A DNA stretch of 64,000 nucleotides from Bryobacteraceae bacterium (lineage in GTDB: Bacteria; Acidobacteriota; Terriglobia; Bryobacterales; Bryobacteraceae), in contig CBDDBV010000022.1 in NCBI GenBank assembly GCA_965225785.1, positions 44,803-108,802 on the forward strand, in the 5' to 3' direction. Below, one piece after another: positions 19,760 to 29,788 of the stretch. Every line of letters begins with the position of its first letter. Position 1 is the first letter of the stretch. The notes under the pieces are model-generated. The model did no database searches. It was given only the letters and a program-made list of their open reading frames with translations, and was not told where the DNA came from. A program made the position numbers and the translations under genes.

Positions 19760-20785
19760 CTAATAGATCGTCCGTGAGCCCTGCGGACTATTCGGATAAT
19801 ATCCCTTGCGGAATCGTATCTTCACGCCGGGCAAATCCACCTGCACCTTCAAAATGTGAAACTGTTTGTCGGTTGCGTTCGCGGCCGCATCCGGAACATA
19901 TCGCAGAATGTACTGCGTCGTAATCTCACCCACGATATCGGCCACCGCATGATAGATGCCCTGCGAGACCTCGCCGGCATAGCCTCCCGTACCCACCGTC
20001 AGCGCATAGTTCCCGTCATCGGAAGGCTTGGACAAGTAACCCGAAATATCCGAGTACAGATGGTTCAGCGGATACTCGACGCGCCCGCCGGTATCTTCCG
20101 CAAGCCTGCGCAAGTTATCGTCCCCCTCGGCCGCCATGCCGAAAGCGATCGTGCTCATGCCATAGATCGTCACCAGGTTGCGCTGCGCGATTTCCAAGAC
20201 TTCCGCCAGCGAGTGTTTGCTTGCGGTGTCATGCCCGTCCCCCACGATGACAAGCACGCGCCGCGGCTCGAACGGTTCGCCCTGCACCAGCTTGCGCGTG
20301 GTGCAAGCCGCATATACCGCGTCGTAGAGAGCCGATCCGCCGCCCGGCTTCATCTTGTCGATCTTGCTCACCATCTTATCGGCGTCGCTGGTGGTATCCA
20401 CTTCCAGTTGCGCCGTGTTGCCATAGGAGATGAGATAGCCGGAATACTTCTTGTCGCCGGGCAGAAGGTTCTGCACGAGCTCGGTAATGGCGTCCTGATA
20501 TTTCTTCCACTGGATCTTCATCCCGTTCGACATATCGACGAGGAATCCGACCACCACCGGCTGGTTGCGGTCCCGGGTAAAGTAGCTGATGTTCTGCGGC
20601 TTGCCATCGTCCAGAATGTGGAAGTCCGCTTTATTGAGATCGCTGACGAACCTGCCCTTGTCATCGGTCACCGTTACGGGCACGATGACTTCGTTGACCT
20701 GAATCTTGATGGAGCCTTCCTCCTGGGAATAAACCGCGACCGGGAGGAAGAGCGCCAGGCTCGCGGCAAGAAGACGAAACAGCAT
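19760..20785 (-). CDS. VWA domain protein (acidobacterial VWFA-related family)
   Basis: VPVTVTDDKGRFVSDL, MIDAS DMSNG, ALYDAV, GDGHD, LAEDTGGR and QYILRY; signal peptide. Confidence 0.88.
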   Translation of the reverse strand: MLFRLLAASLALFLPVAVYSQEEGSIKIQVNEVIVPVTVTDDKGRFVSDLNKADFHILDDGKPQNISYFTRDRNQPVVVGFLVDMSNGMKIQWKKYQDAITELVQNLLPGDKKYSGYLISYGNTAQLEVDTTSDADKMVSKIDKMKPGGGSALYDAVYAACTTRKLVQGEPFEPRRVLVIVGDGHDTASKHSLAEVLEIAQRNLVTIYGMSTIAFGMAAEGDDNLRRLAEDTGGRVEYPLNHLYSDISGYLSKPSDDGNYALTVGTGGYAGEVSQGIYHAVADIVGEITTQYILRYVPDAAANATDKQFHILKVQVDLPGVKIRFRKGYYPNSPQGSRTIY

Positions 20786-20833
20786 GGGCGGATACCACCA
20801 GTCTAGCGGTATACGCGCTGGACCGGGCATCCG

Positions 20834-21322
20834 TTACGGAATCAGCTCATCCTCGCCCAAGTGCCGCACGCCCTCCAGCGTCAACCCGTAGACCGCGTGC
20901 ATGAACCAGTATTTGAAATGTCCCATCGCGGGGGTTTCGCCGGGAGGCGGCGCCAGGCCCAGCTTCGGAACCACCAGCTCGTCCCCGAACAACCAAACCA
21001 TAGTGGCGTAAACCGTTCCGAATCCAACGGTGACCACGGGCGCAACCGGCGCAAGCGCTCCGTAAAGCGCGCCCACCGAAGCTCCGAACGCGTAATGAAC
21101 CGCCGGGCCGCCCCACTTCTTTTCTTCCGTCGTGAGCGGCCGATCGAGCAACGGCTCGGCGATCTTCTCCGCGGTCTTCACGGTGGCGTCTTCCCCGCCG
21201 CCCTGTTCGGGTTCAGACTTTTCGAACAGGCTCCAAACGGCGGGAACCGCGTTCATCACGGCGGCGGCCACCAGCCCCGCGCTCGCGCCGATCAGCGCAC
21301 CCTTCCAAACTTTTCCGGCCAC
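20834..21322 (-). CDS. DUF1440-like membrane protein
   Basis: GLVAAAVMN, EDATVKTA, VHYAFG..GALYG, WLFGDE..VP.LGL and HAVYG motifs; GGAGG RBS before GTG. Confidence 0.75.
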   Translation of the reverse strand: MAGKVWKGALIGASAGLVAAAVMNAVPAVWSLFEKSEPEQGGGEDATVKTAEKIAEPLLDRPLTTEEKKWGGPAVHYAFGASVGALYGALAPVAPVVTVGFGTVYATMVWLFGDELVVPKLGLAPPPGETPAMGHFKYWFMHAVYGLTLEGVRHLGEDELIP

Positions 21323-21486
21323 GCCGTTTACCTCCAGCCGCAGCCCTTGCAGTCCGGGGACCAAAGAAAAGTTCTGCCACGAACACGTCATCGCCGCTCC
21401 GAGATCGAAAATCGATAGGTACGGACAGCACTTCTTCGGTGTAAACTCGCATCGTCGGATTCCGAATTGGACGGTGGAGTAATCGT

Positions 21487-22449
21487 ATGGCTTTGGCAGT
21501 TGCGGGAATGTCGTTAAAAGAGCGTCTGAAGGAAGTGATTGGGCGATCCAGGAAATATGTCGGCCCGGATGTTGCGGGATCCATCGATGCTTTGCTATCG
21601 CCGACTAACTTGACCATAATGGCCGGCACCTTGGCAGCGTGGGCCGGATCTCACTTCTTCGGTGTAGGGGAAATTGTGGACGTTCTGCTACTTTCCGTGG
21701 GAGCATTCACGATTGGATGGTCAATCGGCGATGTAGCCAAGTATCTTTACACATTCGCCGACAAGACCATCAATGCCCGCTCGGAGGACGATTTGGACGC
21801 GGCAGCTAAGGCTTTCAGCCAGGCCGTCGTACTCGCAGGCATAACGGCGGTAATGGCTATACTGCTTCATCGCAGCGCAAAGAAGATTCAAGTTGCGAGG
21901 GGCGAATCGGTCGCCGAAGCTATTCGCCCGCGAAGCCCAGGCTTGCCGCGCGTCGGCCCAGACCCCGAGACGGGTCGAGTATGGAGCAAGCCTGGAATCG
22001 AGAGCGACCCCGGTTTGGCACCGGGCGAAGGATCGACTTCTCCCTTCGGTGAGGTCCGGCTTTCGCCCGCGGGAACAGCCACAGAGCAGGCGTTGGTAAG
22101 AGCTCATGAACTGGTGCACCGTTTCCTGACGCCGCGCTTCGGCGTTTTGCGCACCTTTCGAGTCCAACTCGGTATGTCAGCTTACCTTCGCTCCTCGCTT
22201 TTGATGTATCTCGAGGAAGCTATTGCCGAGACGGTGGCGCAGTTAAGAGTGAACGGTTTCTCGGGAATGTTGGAGGGTGTCAAGTTTCCGGTTGTAAACG
22301 GATACATGGTCATTACCGACCTCATGTCGGAAGGCGCGACAATCGGGAAAATCGCGGCCGGGACACAATACTTTACTGTTCAATTTATACCTTCGGGGCC
22401 AAGTCCTCAGAGTGTGAATGCGTCGTATCCTATGCCGGTGAACAGGTAA
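21487..22449 (+). CDS. hypothetical protein with hydrophobic N-half and HExxH zincin-like C-half (toxin candidate)
   Basis: 320 aa; GGAG RBS; RAHELVHRF followed by EEAIAE; codon usage differs from neighbouring genes. Confidence 0.65.
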   Translation: MALAVAGMSLKERLKEVIGRSRKYVGPDVAGSIDALLSPTNLTIMAGTLAAWAGSHFFGVGEIVDVLLLSVGAFTIGWSIGDVAKYLYTFADKTINARSEDDLDAAAKAFSQAVVLAGITAVMAILLHRSAKKIQVARGESVAEAIRPRSPGLPRVGPDPETGRVWSKPGIESDPGLAPGEGSTSPFGEVRLSPAGTATEQALVRAHELVHRFLTPRFGVLRTFRVQLGMSAYLRSSLLMYLEEAIAETVAQLRVNGFSGMLEGVKFPVVNGYMVITDLMSEGATIGKIAAGTQYFTVQFIPSGPSPQSVNASYPMPVNR

Positions 22450-22676
22450 TGACCATCGACGCGAATCTACGCAATCAGCTTATTGAAAAGTCACGCAGCG
22501 TCGCCGAGGAGCGGGGTTGGACATGGCGAGAGCCGGTGGATGTCGCAAGCGGATCTGATTCCGGCGAGGGAGTTTGGATCATTCGCACCAACATAGCCAT
22601 GCGCTCTCCAAGCATCCAGGTTGTACTGCGGAGATCGGACTGTTCACTGGTCCGCGCCGGTTACCTGGCGCGTTGA
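22449..22676 (+). CDS. small hypothetical protein (possible immunity partner)
   Basis: 75 aa; TAATG translational coupling to the upstream gene. Confidence 0.55.
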   Translation: MTIDANLRNQLIEKSRSVAEERGWTWREPVDVASGSDSGEGVWIIRTNIAMRSPSIQVVLRRSDCSLVRAGYLAR

Positions 22677-22711
22677 TGGCGGCTTGTTCCAAGCATTGAG
22701 GCGCCCGAGCC

Positions 22712-22751
22712 AAAAAAAGGGCCGCCCTTCGCAAATGCGAAAACCGGCCCC
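22712..22751 (-). terminator. rho-independent terminator of pnp
   Basis: On the minus strand GGGGCCG-GTT-TTCGC-ATTT-GCGAA-GGG-CGGCCC followed by T7. Confidence 0.8.
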
Positions 22752-22776
22752 GTATGAAAGCTTCCCTGAACTGTTA

Positions 22777-24882
22777 CTACGCCTGCACTTTAAGTTTGTC
22801 GCGCTGTTCCTTCAAGACGGCCTTGCGGCTCAGCTTGATCTTGTTGCCCTCAAGCGCCAGCACCTTCACCAGGATCTGATCGCCTTCCTTCAACTCGTCG
22901 CGCACATCCTTAATACGGTTCTCCGCGATCTCGCTGATGTGCAGCAGACCGTCCGTGCCCGGGAAGATCTCGACGAACGCGCCGAAGTCGACGATCCGCA
23001 CCACCTTGCCCAGATACGTCTTGCCCATCTCGGCGACGGCCGTAATATCGGCGATAATCTGCAGGGCCTTTTGCGCGGCCGCCGAGTCGTTCGACGCCAC
23101 ATTGATGGTGCCATCGTCGCTGACGTCGATCTTGACGCCGGTCTGTTCGATGATCCCGCGGATCACCTTGCCACCGGGTCCAATCACTTCGCGAATCTTA
23201 TCCACCGGAATGTTCACCGTGTAGATGCGAGGCGCGTACTCCGACATCTGCGCGCGAGGCTCGGCGATCACCTCATGCATCTTGTCCAGAATGTGCAACC
23301 GGCCGCGCCGCGCCTGCTCCAGCGCTTCTTTCATGATGGCAGTGGTTACATTCGGAACCTTGATGTCCATCTGCAGCGCCGTGATTCCCTGGCGCGTCCC
23401 CGCCACCTTGAAATCCATATCGCCATAATGATCCTCAGCGCCCGCAATATCGGAAAGAATGGCGTACTTGTCGCCTTCCTTCACCAACCCCATGGCCACG
23501 CCGCTGATCGCCGCGCCCATCGGAACGCCCGCATCCATCAGCGCCAGACTTGCGCCGCACACCGAAGCCATGGAGCTCGACCCATTCGATTCCAGAATGT
23601 CCGAAACCACGCGCATCGTGTAAGGGAACTTGGTCACGTCCGGAATTAGCGTTGAGATCGCGCGTTCGGCCAGTGCGCCGTGTCCGATTTCCCGGCGTCC
23701 CGCGCCGCGCATAAACCCGACTTCTCCCACGCTGAACGGCGGGAAGTTGTAATGCAGCATGAAGCGCTTGGAACCTTCGATGCCCGGCTCCAGCAGCTCG
23801 TATCGCTGTTCATCATCCTTGGTGCCGAGCGTCACCGTCACCAGAGCCTGCGTTTCTCCGCGCGTGAATACGGAGGAACCATGCGTGCGCGGGAGCAACC
23901 CGGTCTCAATGGAAATTGGCCGGATCTGATCGAACGCGCGGCCATCGGGGCGGCGGTGCTTGTCCAGCATCTCGTCGCGGAAAATCCGTTCTTTCAAAAC
24001 ATCGAAGATGCGAACCGCTTCGGACAACTGCTCGTCGGGAAACGCCGCCTTGATCTTGTCCTTCACCGCCGCGATACGCGCGTAGCTTTCGAGCTTTGGA
24101 TACTTCTCCGTGTTCTGCGCGTCGGTCAGTTCCTCGCGCACCATCTCCGAGATCTTCCCGTAGAGATCCTGATTGACCTCGTGGGGAGTGAAGCTGCGCT
24201 TTGGCTTACCGATTTTCGCGGCCATTTCCTTCACCACCGCGACAATCTTGCGGCAGCATTCGTGGCCATATTCGAGCGCCACCAGGACCTCGTCTTCGGT
24301 AGCCTGCTGCGCGCCGGCTTCCACCATGACGATGCCTTCCTCGGTTCCGGTAACCACGATGTTGAGCTTGGAGCCGCGCTCTTCCTCATAGCTCGGATTT
24401 GCGACCGGCTTCCCGTTCACATAGCCGATGCGCACCGCGCCCACAAAGTGATGGAAAGGAATATCGGAGATGGCGAGCGCCGCCGCCGCTCCCATAATGC
24501 CCAGCACCGCCGGATCCTGCGCGGGATCGGCCGAGAGCACCATCGCGATAATCTGCGTGTCGCACAGATATCCTTCCGGGAACAGAGGCCGCATCGGCCG
24601 GTCGATCAACCGGCTGGTCAGAATTTCCTTTTCCGAAGGGCGGCCTTCGCGCTTGATGAATCCGCCCGGTATCTTACCCGCGGCGTAGGTGTACTCGCGG
24701 TAATCCACCGTGAGCGGAAAAAAGCCTTGGCCCGGCTTAGGGGTTTCGTTCGCGCAGGCGGTCACCAGGACCACCGAATCGCCGCACCGTACGACGACTG
24801 CGCCGTTGGCCTGTTTCGCCAACCGTCCGGTCTCCAGAGTAATCTTTCGACCGTCTAAATCTACTTCAAAAGTGTGAATCAT
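22777..24882 (-). CDS. pnp: polyribonucleotide nucleotidyltransferase (PNPase)
   Basis: FFPLTVDYRE, RLIDRPMRPLF, RREIGHG, SNGSSSMAS, GDMDFKVAG; KH and S1 domains. Confidence 0.98.
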   Translation of the reverse strand: MIHTFEVDLDGRKITLETGRLAKQANGAVVVRCGDSVVLVTACANETPKPGQGFFPLTVDYREYTYAAGKIPGGFIKREGRPSEKEILTSRLIDRPMRPLFPEGYLCDTQIIAMVLSADPAQDPAVLGIMGAAAALAISDIPFHHFVGAVRIGYVNGKPVANPSYEEERGSKLNIVVTGTEEGIVMVEAGAQQATEDEVLVALEYGHECCRKIVAVVKEMAAKIGKPKRSFTPHEVNQDLYGKISEMVREELTDAQNTEKYPKLESYARIAAVKDKIKAAFPDEQLSEAVRIFDVLKERIFRDEMLDKHRRPDGRAFDQIRPISIETGLLPRTHGSSVFTRGETQALVTVTLGTKDDEQRYELLEPGIEGSKRFMLHYNFPPFSVGEVGFMRGAGRREIGHGALAERAISTLIPDVTKFPYTMRVVSDILESNGSSSMASVCGASLALMDAGVPMGAAISGVAMGLVKEGDKYAILSDIAGAEDHYGDMDFKVAGTRQGITALQMDIKVPNVTTAIMKEALEQARRGRLHILDKMHEVIAEPRAQMSEYAPRIYTVNIPVDKIREVIGPGGKVIRGIIEQTGVKIDVSDDGTINVASNDSAAAQKALQIIADITAVAEMGKTYLGKVVRIVDFGAFVEIFPGTDGLLHISEIAENRIKDVRDELKEGDQILVKVLALEGNKIKLSRKAVLKEQRDKLKVQA

Positions 24883-25020
24883 TCGTCTGCCATTCTGCCG
24901 TCCGGGTTAACACCGGACCGCGATAAATTGGCGAGGGGTCGTGAAAGGCGGGTAGCGGGGATGAAAGCGATAACAATATCCCCACGCGCTGACCGGCAGC
25001 GCGCGGAGCAACTCCGGATC

Positions 25021-25290
25021 TTAGTGGCGGATTCCCAGCTTCAATAGAACGGACTTATACCGTTCCGGATCATTCTTGCGAAGATACGTTAGAAGCCGGC
25101 GTCGGCGCGCGACCATGGTGAGAAGTCCCTTGCGGGACGCATGGTCCATCTTGTGCAGTTTGAAATGCTGGTTCAGCTGGGTCAACCGTCCGCTGAGTAG
25201 CGCGATCTGCACTTCCGGCGAACCGGTATCGGTTTTGTGAATCTGATTGTTGGTCAGAATCTCTTTTTTAAGCTCGGTCGCCAATGCCAT
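25021..25290 (-). CDS. rpsO: 30S ribosomal protein S15
   Basis: [23 protein letters not shown] and LGIR motifs; canonical rpsO-pnp order. Confidence 0.98.
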   Translation of the reverse strand: MALATELKKEILTNNQIHKTDTGSPEVQIALLSGRLTQLNQHFKLHKMDHASRKGLLTMVARRRRLLTYLRKNDPERYKSVLLKLGIRH

Positions 25291-25453
25291 TCCGGTGTTG
25301 CTGCTCCTTCTCTTTCTCTTTCTCTCGTTTATTCCTTATGAGGATAACACAGATGAAACCTGCGCGAACCGACGTTTTCTCGAATGCGGCGTCGCTACGG
25401 AAATCGCCTCGTCGAGAATCTGTGGGGCAGAGCGCCCGGTTTATGATACCTAT

Positions 25454-25810
25454 GTGCAAGATGTTGTTAGCGAGCGTGCAACGCACCCGGTCCGGGAACT
25501 GAGGAAGCACTACATCTTTTCCGTCGATGACGGCCACCTTCAAGACTTTCTAGCGCGGCATCCCCGGCTATATTCCTTACTTGCAAACGCCGTGAATCCG
25601 CTCTCGCAGGCTTTTGGAGAACGGAAGCAATTGGAACTTCAACTCCTTGAGTCGGACGACGATTCTGTTCTGCGCGTGATGGTACGGTTGCCGCTCGAAG
25701 CCGAGAAACCCGCCGAATCGATGCGCGAATTTAAAAGTGATTGGTGGCTGAAACATTCTTCTCATTCCTTAGCCGCGCTGGTGTTCGACTACGAGACAGG
25801 GAATGGCTAG
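25454..25810 (+). CDS. hypothetical protein upstream of HEPN gene (putative antitoxin)
   Basis: FL..HP.L..LL..A...L...FG and ..F..DWWL pattern. GTG start 6 nt after TATGAT; the ORF-track extension overlaps the rpsO leader. Confidence 0.6.
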   Translation: MQDVVSERATHPVRELRKHYIFSVDDGHLQDFLARHPRLYSLLANAVNPLSQAFGERKQLELQLLESDDDSVLRVMVRLPLEAEKPAESMREFKSDWWLKHSSHSLAALVFDYETGNG

Positions 25811-25813
25811 GGA

Positions 25814-26209
25814 ATGGCTTTTGATTGGCGCGAGTTCCTTGTCCTTGCTTATGAGCTACGGAACGATCCGCGGGAGAGCGCCCAAAGAACCTCCATCGGC
25901 CGCGCGTATTATTACGCCTATAACGCGGCTAAGCAAGAACTAACAAAGCTTGGTTTCGATGAAAGGGATCGGCCACTTCAGAAGATGGGTGTGCACCAAA
26001 GGCTTTGGAGTTGGTGTCTTAGCCACGACAACCCTGAAGTGAATGCCCTCGGCGATTCCGGAAACACCCTGAAGGCCCGGAGAACCGCGGTTGACTATCA
26101 AGCCGGCGCCTCCCCGCTGCAATCGACCGTTCGACAGCAATTGGACGAGACCCGGGAATTCGAATTGCTGCTAGCGCAAATATCTAGCACCAAGTCTCCC
26201 CGCCGCTAA
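25814..26209 (+). CDS. HEPN domain protein
   Basis: FDWREFL..A, RTSIGRAYYYAY, H..LW and LKARRTAVDY: HEPN-type four-helix signature. Confidence 0.78.
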   Translation: MAFDWREFLVLAYELRNDPRESAQRTSIGRAYYYAYNAAKQELTKLGFDERDRPLQKMGVHQRLWSWCLSHDNPEVNALGDSGNTLKARRTAVDYQAGASPLQSTVRQQLDETREFELLLAQISSTKSPRR

Positions 26210-26291
26210 CTTATCGGTGATCGAGCCTGCCACACGTGTCGCCGATTTCGCCCATCTTACACCCATCCCCGCACATGGGATAATTAACACC

Positions 26292-27617
26292 ATGCACCTG
26301 AAGTACCTGCTGCCCGCGGGCTTGTGTCTAGCCTGCCTGTGCGGCCCTGCCCCTCTTCCCGCCGCCGACGCCTCCATCCCCGCCGGCGCCGAGCCTCACG
26401 TCCATGTCGTCGAGCAGATCGTCGCCAAAGTGAACGGCGAGATCATCACGCAAACCGAACTCGAACACCAGCGCGAACTCATCTCCGCCGAACTCCGCAA
26501 AGAGAATCCCACCCTTGCGGGCGAGGCGCTCGATAAAGAGGTCAAGCAGAAGCAGGCCGACGCCCTCCGCGACCAGATCGACCAGTTGCTCCTGGTGCAG
26601 CACGCCAAGGAATCCACCATCAACGTCGATCCGGAAATCACGCGCCGCCTCGCGCAGCTACAGGCCGACAGCAAGAAGCCCGACCCCGAAGAGTTTCACA
26701 AATGGGTGCAGGAGCAGGCCGGCATCCCCTTCGAAGATTTCAAAAATCAAATGAAGAACCAGATGCTCACGCAGCGCGTCATCAGCCAGGAAGTTGCGTA
26801 CAAAATCCAGCTTCCGCAAGCCGAGCTGAAGGACTACTACGAGAAGCACAAAACCGAATTCGTCCGCCAGGAAGCCGTAATGCTGCGGGAGATTCTGATC
26901 GCGCCGAAGAGCAATGACGCGGCCGACGTCGCCGCCGCCGAGAAGAAGGCTAAAGAGATCTGCGCGCGCGCCCGCAAAGGCGAGAAGTTCGGCGATCTGG
27001 CCCGCTCTTACTCCGACGCTCCCACCGCTCAGCAGGAAGGCGAACTCGGCGCGTTCAAGCGCGGCGACCTTCGCAAGGAGATTGAAGACGTCGTCTACAA
27101 GGCGAATCGCGGGTACGTCACCGATCCCATCCGCACCAACACGGGCTTCGTGATCCTCAAGGTGGAGGACCGCCATGAAGCCGGCCAAGCCTCTTTCGAC
27201 GACGTCCAGAACGAGATCATGGAGAAGCTCTACGCGCCCCGCATGCAGCCGGAGATCCGCAAGTATCTCACTGAGCTGCGCAAGGACGCGTTCATCGAAA
27301 TCCGCGGCGGCTATGTCGATAGCGGCGCGGCGCCCGGCAAGGACACCGCCTGGAAAGATCCCGCCACGCTGAAGCCGGAAACCACCACCAAGGAAGAAGT
27401 GGCCGCGCACAAGAAGAAGCGCATCCTGGGCGTGATCCCGCACGGCTCCACCAAGGTCAGTTCGTCCGATCCGGGCAAGGCGCCCAAGATGCCCGATGCA
27501 ACGCCCGCGGCAAGTCCGGCCGCCGCTCCGGCTTCCGGCGCCGCCAGTTCCAGCTCCAGCAGTTCAAGTTCGTCGTCGTCTTCCGCTTCGGTGCCCGTCA
27601 CGCCGCCCACTCAATGA
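26292..27617 (+). CDS. SurA-like peptidyl-prolyl isomerase (PpiC/parvulin)
   Basis: EQIVAKVNGEIIT, LREILI, FGDLARSYSD and GELGAF motifs; Ser/Ala/Pro-rich tail. Confidence 0.88.
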   Translation: MHLKYLLPAGLCLACLCGPAPLPAADASIPAGAEPHVHVVEQIVAKVNGEIITQTELEHQRELISAELRKENPTLAGEALDKEVKQKQADALRDQIDQLLLVQHAKESTINVDPEITRRLAQLQADSKKPDPEEFHKWVQEQAGIPFEDFKNQMKNQMLTQRVISQEVAYKIQLPQAELKDYYEKHKTEFVRQEAVMLREILIAPKSNDAADVAAAEKKAKEICARARKGEKFGDLARSYSDAPTAQQEGELGAFKRGDLRKEIEDVVYKANRGYVTDPIRTNTGFVILKVEDRHEAGQASFDDVQNEIMEKLYAPRMQPEIRKYLTELRKDAFIEIRGGYVDSGAAPGKDTAWKDPATLKPETTTKEEVAAHKKKRILGVIPHGSTKVSSSDPGKAPKMPDATPAASPAAAPASGAASSSSSSSSSSSSSASVPVTPPTQ

Positions 27618-28732
27618 AGCCGGCGTACGTCAATCAACTTGAACCAAGTCAGGTCATCACCACTTCGTTCCTCGTTCAATCGAAGGAGATCCGCGAGAAG
27701 AAAACCGGCGAGCCTTATCTCTCGCTCCTTCTCGCCGATAAGTCCGGCCGCATCGACGCCAAGATGTGGGACAACGTGGCGGAAGTGCTGGAAGCCTTCG
27801 ACCGTGACGATTTCGTCAAGGTCAAAGGTCTGGTGCAACTGCATCAAAACCGCCCGCAGCTTACCGTCCATAAGATCCGCAAGATGGACGATCACGAGAT
27901 CGACGCCGGAGATTATTTTCCGTGTTCCCAGCGCGATCCCCTGGAAATGTGGAGCGAGCTTACCGCCATTGTCGCGGCCGTTCGCGACACCCACATCCGC
28001 GCGCTCCTCGAATCGTTTCTGAACGATCCGGAAATCGCCGTCCGCTATCGCCGCGCGCCCGCCGCCAAAACCATCCATCACGCGTATCTCGGCGGCCTGC
28101 TGGAGCATGTGCTCTCGCTCTGCAACCTGAGCCGCGCCATCGCCGCGCACTATCCGCATATCGATGTGGATCTGCTCATCGCGGGCGCGGTCCTGCATGA
28201 CGTCGGCAAAATTCACGAGCTTACGTACGATCGCGGCTTCGGCTATAGCAACGAAGGCCAACTGCTGGGCCACATCCCGATGGCGTTCCGCATGATCGGC
28301 GACAAGGCCTGCAAACTCCCGGGCTTCCCGGAGCGCACCCGCACCCTGATCGAACACATCGTGCTGAGCCACCACGGTCACCTGGAGTTCGGTTCTCCCA
28401 AGGTTCCGCTCTTTGCCGAAGCCATGCTCTTCCATTACCTCGACGATATGGATTCGAAAATGGATTGCATGCGGTCGCTGGTGGAAAACGATCGCCAGTC
28501 CGATCAGTCTTTCACCAGTTACAGCACCTCGCTTGAACGTTCGGTTTTGAAGAAGGATCGCTTTCTCGCCGCCGCGCCGCTGGTTCCGGCCGCGCACTTG
28601 CCGGTTCTGGACCATGCTCCCGTTCCCGCGCCCGCACCGACTGACGCCGCCTTTGACGCGCCCGCCGCTCGGCGTCCCGTCAACAACCTCTTCGGCGCCA
28701 AACTGCTCGACGCGCTTTCCGATAAACGATGA
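27614..28732 (+). CDS. yhaM: 3'-5' exoribonuclease YhaM family (OB fold + HD)
   Basis: L.DKSGRIDAKMWD, APAAKTIHHAYLGGLLEH, LHDVGK and SHHG..EFGSP motifs. Confidence 0.9.
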   Translation: MKPAYVNQLEPSQVITTSFLVQSKEIREKKTGEPYLSLLLADKSGRIDAKMWDNVAEVLEAFDRDDFVKVKGLVQLHQNRPQLTVHKIRKMDDHEIDAGDYFPCSQRDPLEMWSELTAIVAAVRDTHIRALLESFLNDPEIAVRYRRAPAAKTIHHAYLGGLLEHVLSLCNLSRAIAAHYPHIDVDLLIAGAVLHDVGKIHELTYDRGFGYSNEGQLLGHIPMAFRMIGDKACKLPGFPERTRTLIEHIVLSHHGHLEFGSPKVPLFAEAMLFHYLDDMDSKMDCMRSLVENDRQSDQSFTSYSTSLERSVLKKDRFLAAAPLVPAAHLPVLDHAPVPAPAPTDAAFDAPAARRPVNNLFGAKLLDALSDKR

Positions 28733-29775
28733 CGGAGCCCGGCCGAATCGTCGTCCGCGCGACCAATTGGATTGGCGACGCCGTTATGTCCCTGCCCGCC
28801 ATCCGCCAGGTTCGCCGCCGATTCCCCCGCGCGCATATCGCGCTGTTGGCGCGCCCCTGGGTGGCCGGTCTTTACGCGCGCGAGAGCGCCATCGATCGCA
28901 TCATCCCTTACACCGCCGCGTCCGGCTTCCGCGATTTCGGCGCAAAATGGCACGCCGCCCAGGCGCTTCGGCGCGAACGCTTTGACTGCGCCATTCTCCT
29001 TCAAAACGCGTTTGAAGCCGCCGCCGTCGTGAAGCTCGCCGGCATCAACCAGATCATCGGCTATAACCGCGATGGCCGCGGCTGGCTGCTTTCACGCGCG
29101 ATTCCCGTTCCCGCGCCCGGCGAGATCCCCGCGCACGAGCGCTTCTACTACCTCGAACTCCTGCGCCGCGCCGGACTCATTGAAACCTTACCGGATATCG
29201 ATGCGATCCGCCTGGAAGGAATCGAGGAATACACCGCTGCCGGCAAACGCGCGTTCACCGGGATGGGCATTGCAGGCCCGGTGATCGGCGTCAGCCCCGG
29301 CGCGGCGTTCGGCGCGGCCAAGCGATGGCTTCCGGAACGTTTTGCCGAAGCCGCCGCGTCGCTCGCGCGCGAACATGACGCTTCCGTCTGCCTCTTCGGT
29401 TCAGCGGCGGAGCGCGCTCTCTGCGAAGAAACCGCGCGCCACATCCGGCTTCCCCGCGTCTACAATCTCGCCGGAAACACGTCGCTCACCGCCTTTATCG
29501 AGGCTGCCGCCGCCTGCCTGTTCTTCCTCACCAATGATTCCGGCGCCATGCACATCGCCTCCGCGCTGGGCGTCCCCACCGTCACCATCTTCGGCGCCAC
29601 CAACCCCATCACCACCGGACCCACCGGCCCGCTCGCGCGCATTGTCCGCGAACCCGTTCCGTGCAGTCCCTGCCTTCTGCGCGAATGTCCCATCGACCAT
29701 CGCTGCATGACCGGCGTCCCCGTCGCGCGCGTCACCGCCGCCGCCGAAGAACTCCTCGCCATCGCTCGCAATTAG
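28729..29775 (+). CDS. waaF: LPS heptosyltransferase II (GT9)
   Basis: NWIGDAVMSLP, PGAAFGAAKRW and TNDSGAMHIA motifs. Confidence 0.9.
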   Translation: MTEPGRIVVRATNWIGDAVMSLPAIRQVRRRFPRAHIALLARPWVAGLYARESAIDRIIPYTAASGFRDFGAKWHAAQALRRERFDCAILLQNAFEAAAVVKLAGINQIIGYNRDGRGWLLSRAIPVPAPGEIPAHERFYYLELLRRAGLIETLPDIDAIRLEGIEEYTAAGKRAFTGMGIAGPVIGVSPGAAFGAAKRWLPERFAEAAASLAREHDASVCLFGSAAERALCEETARHIRLPRVYNLAGNTSLTAFIEAAAACLFFLTNDSGAMHIASALGVPTVTIFGATNPITTGPTGPLARIVREPVPCSPCLLRECPIDHRCMTGVPVARVTAAAEELLAIARN

Positions 29776-29788
29776 CCATCACATAGAC

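Noticed and set aside
27540-27595. Poly-Ser coding tract as a DNA repeat
   Set aside because: Mixed Ser codons; a low-complexity protein tail, not a tandem repeat.
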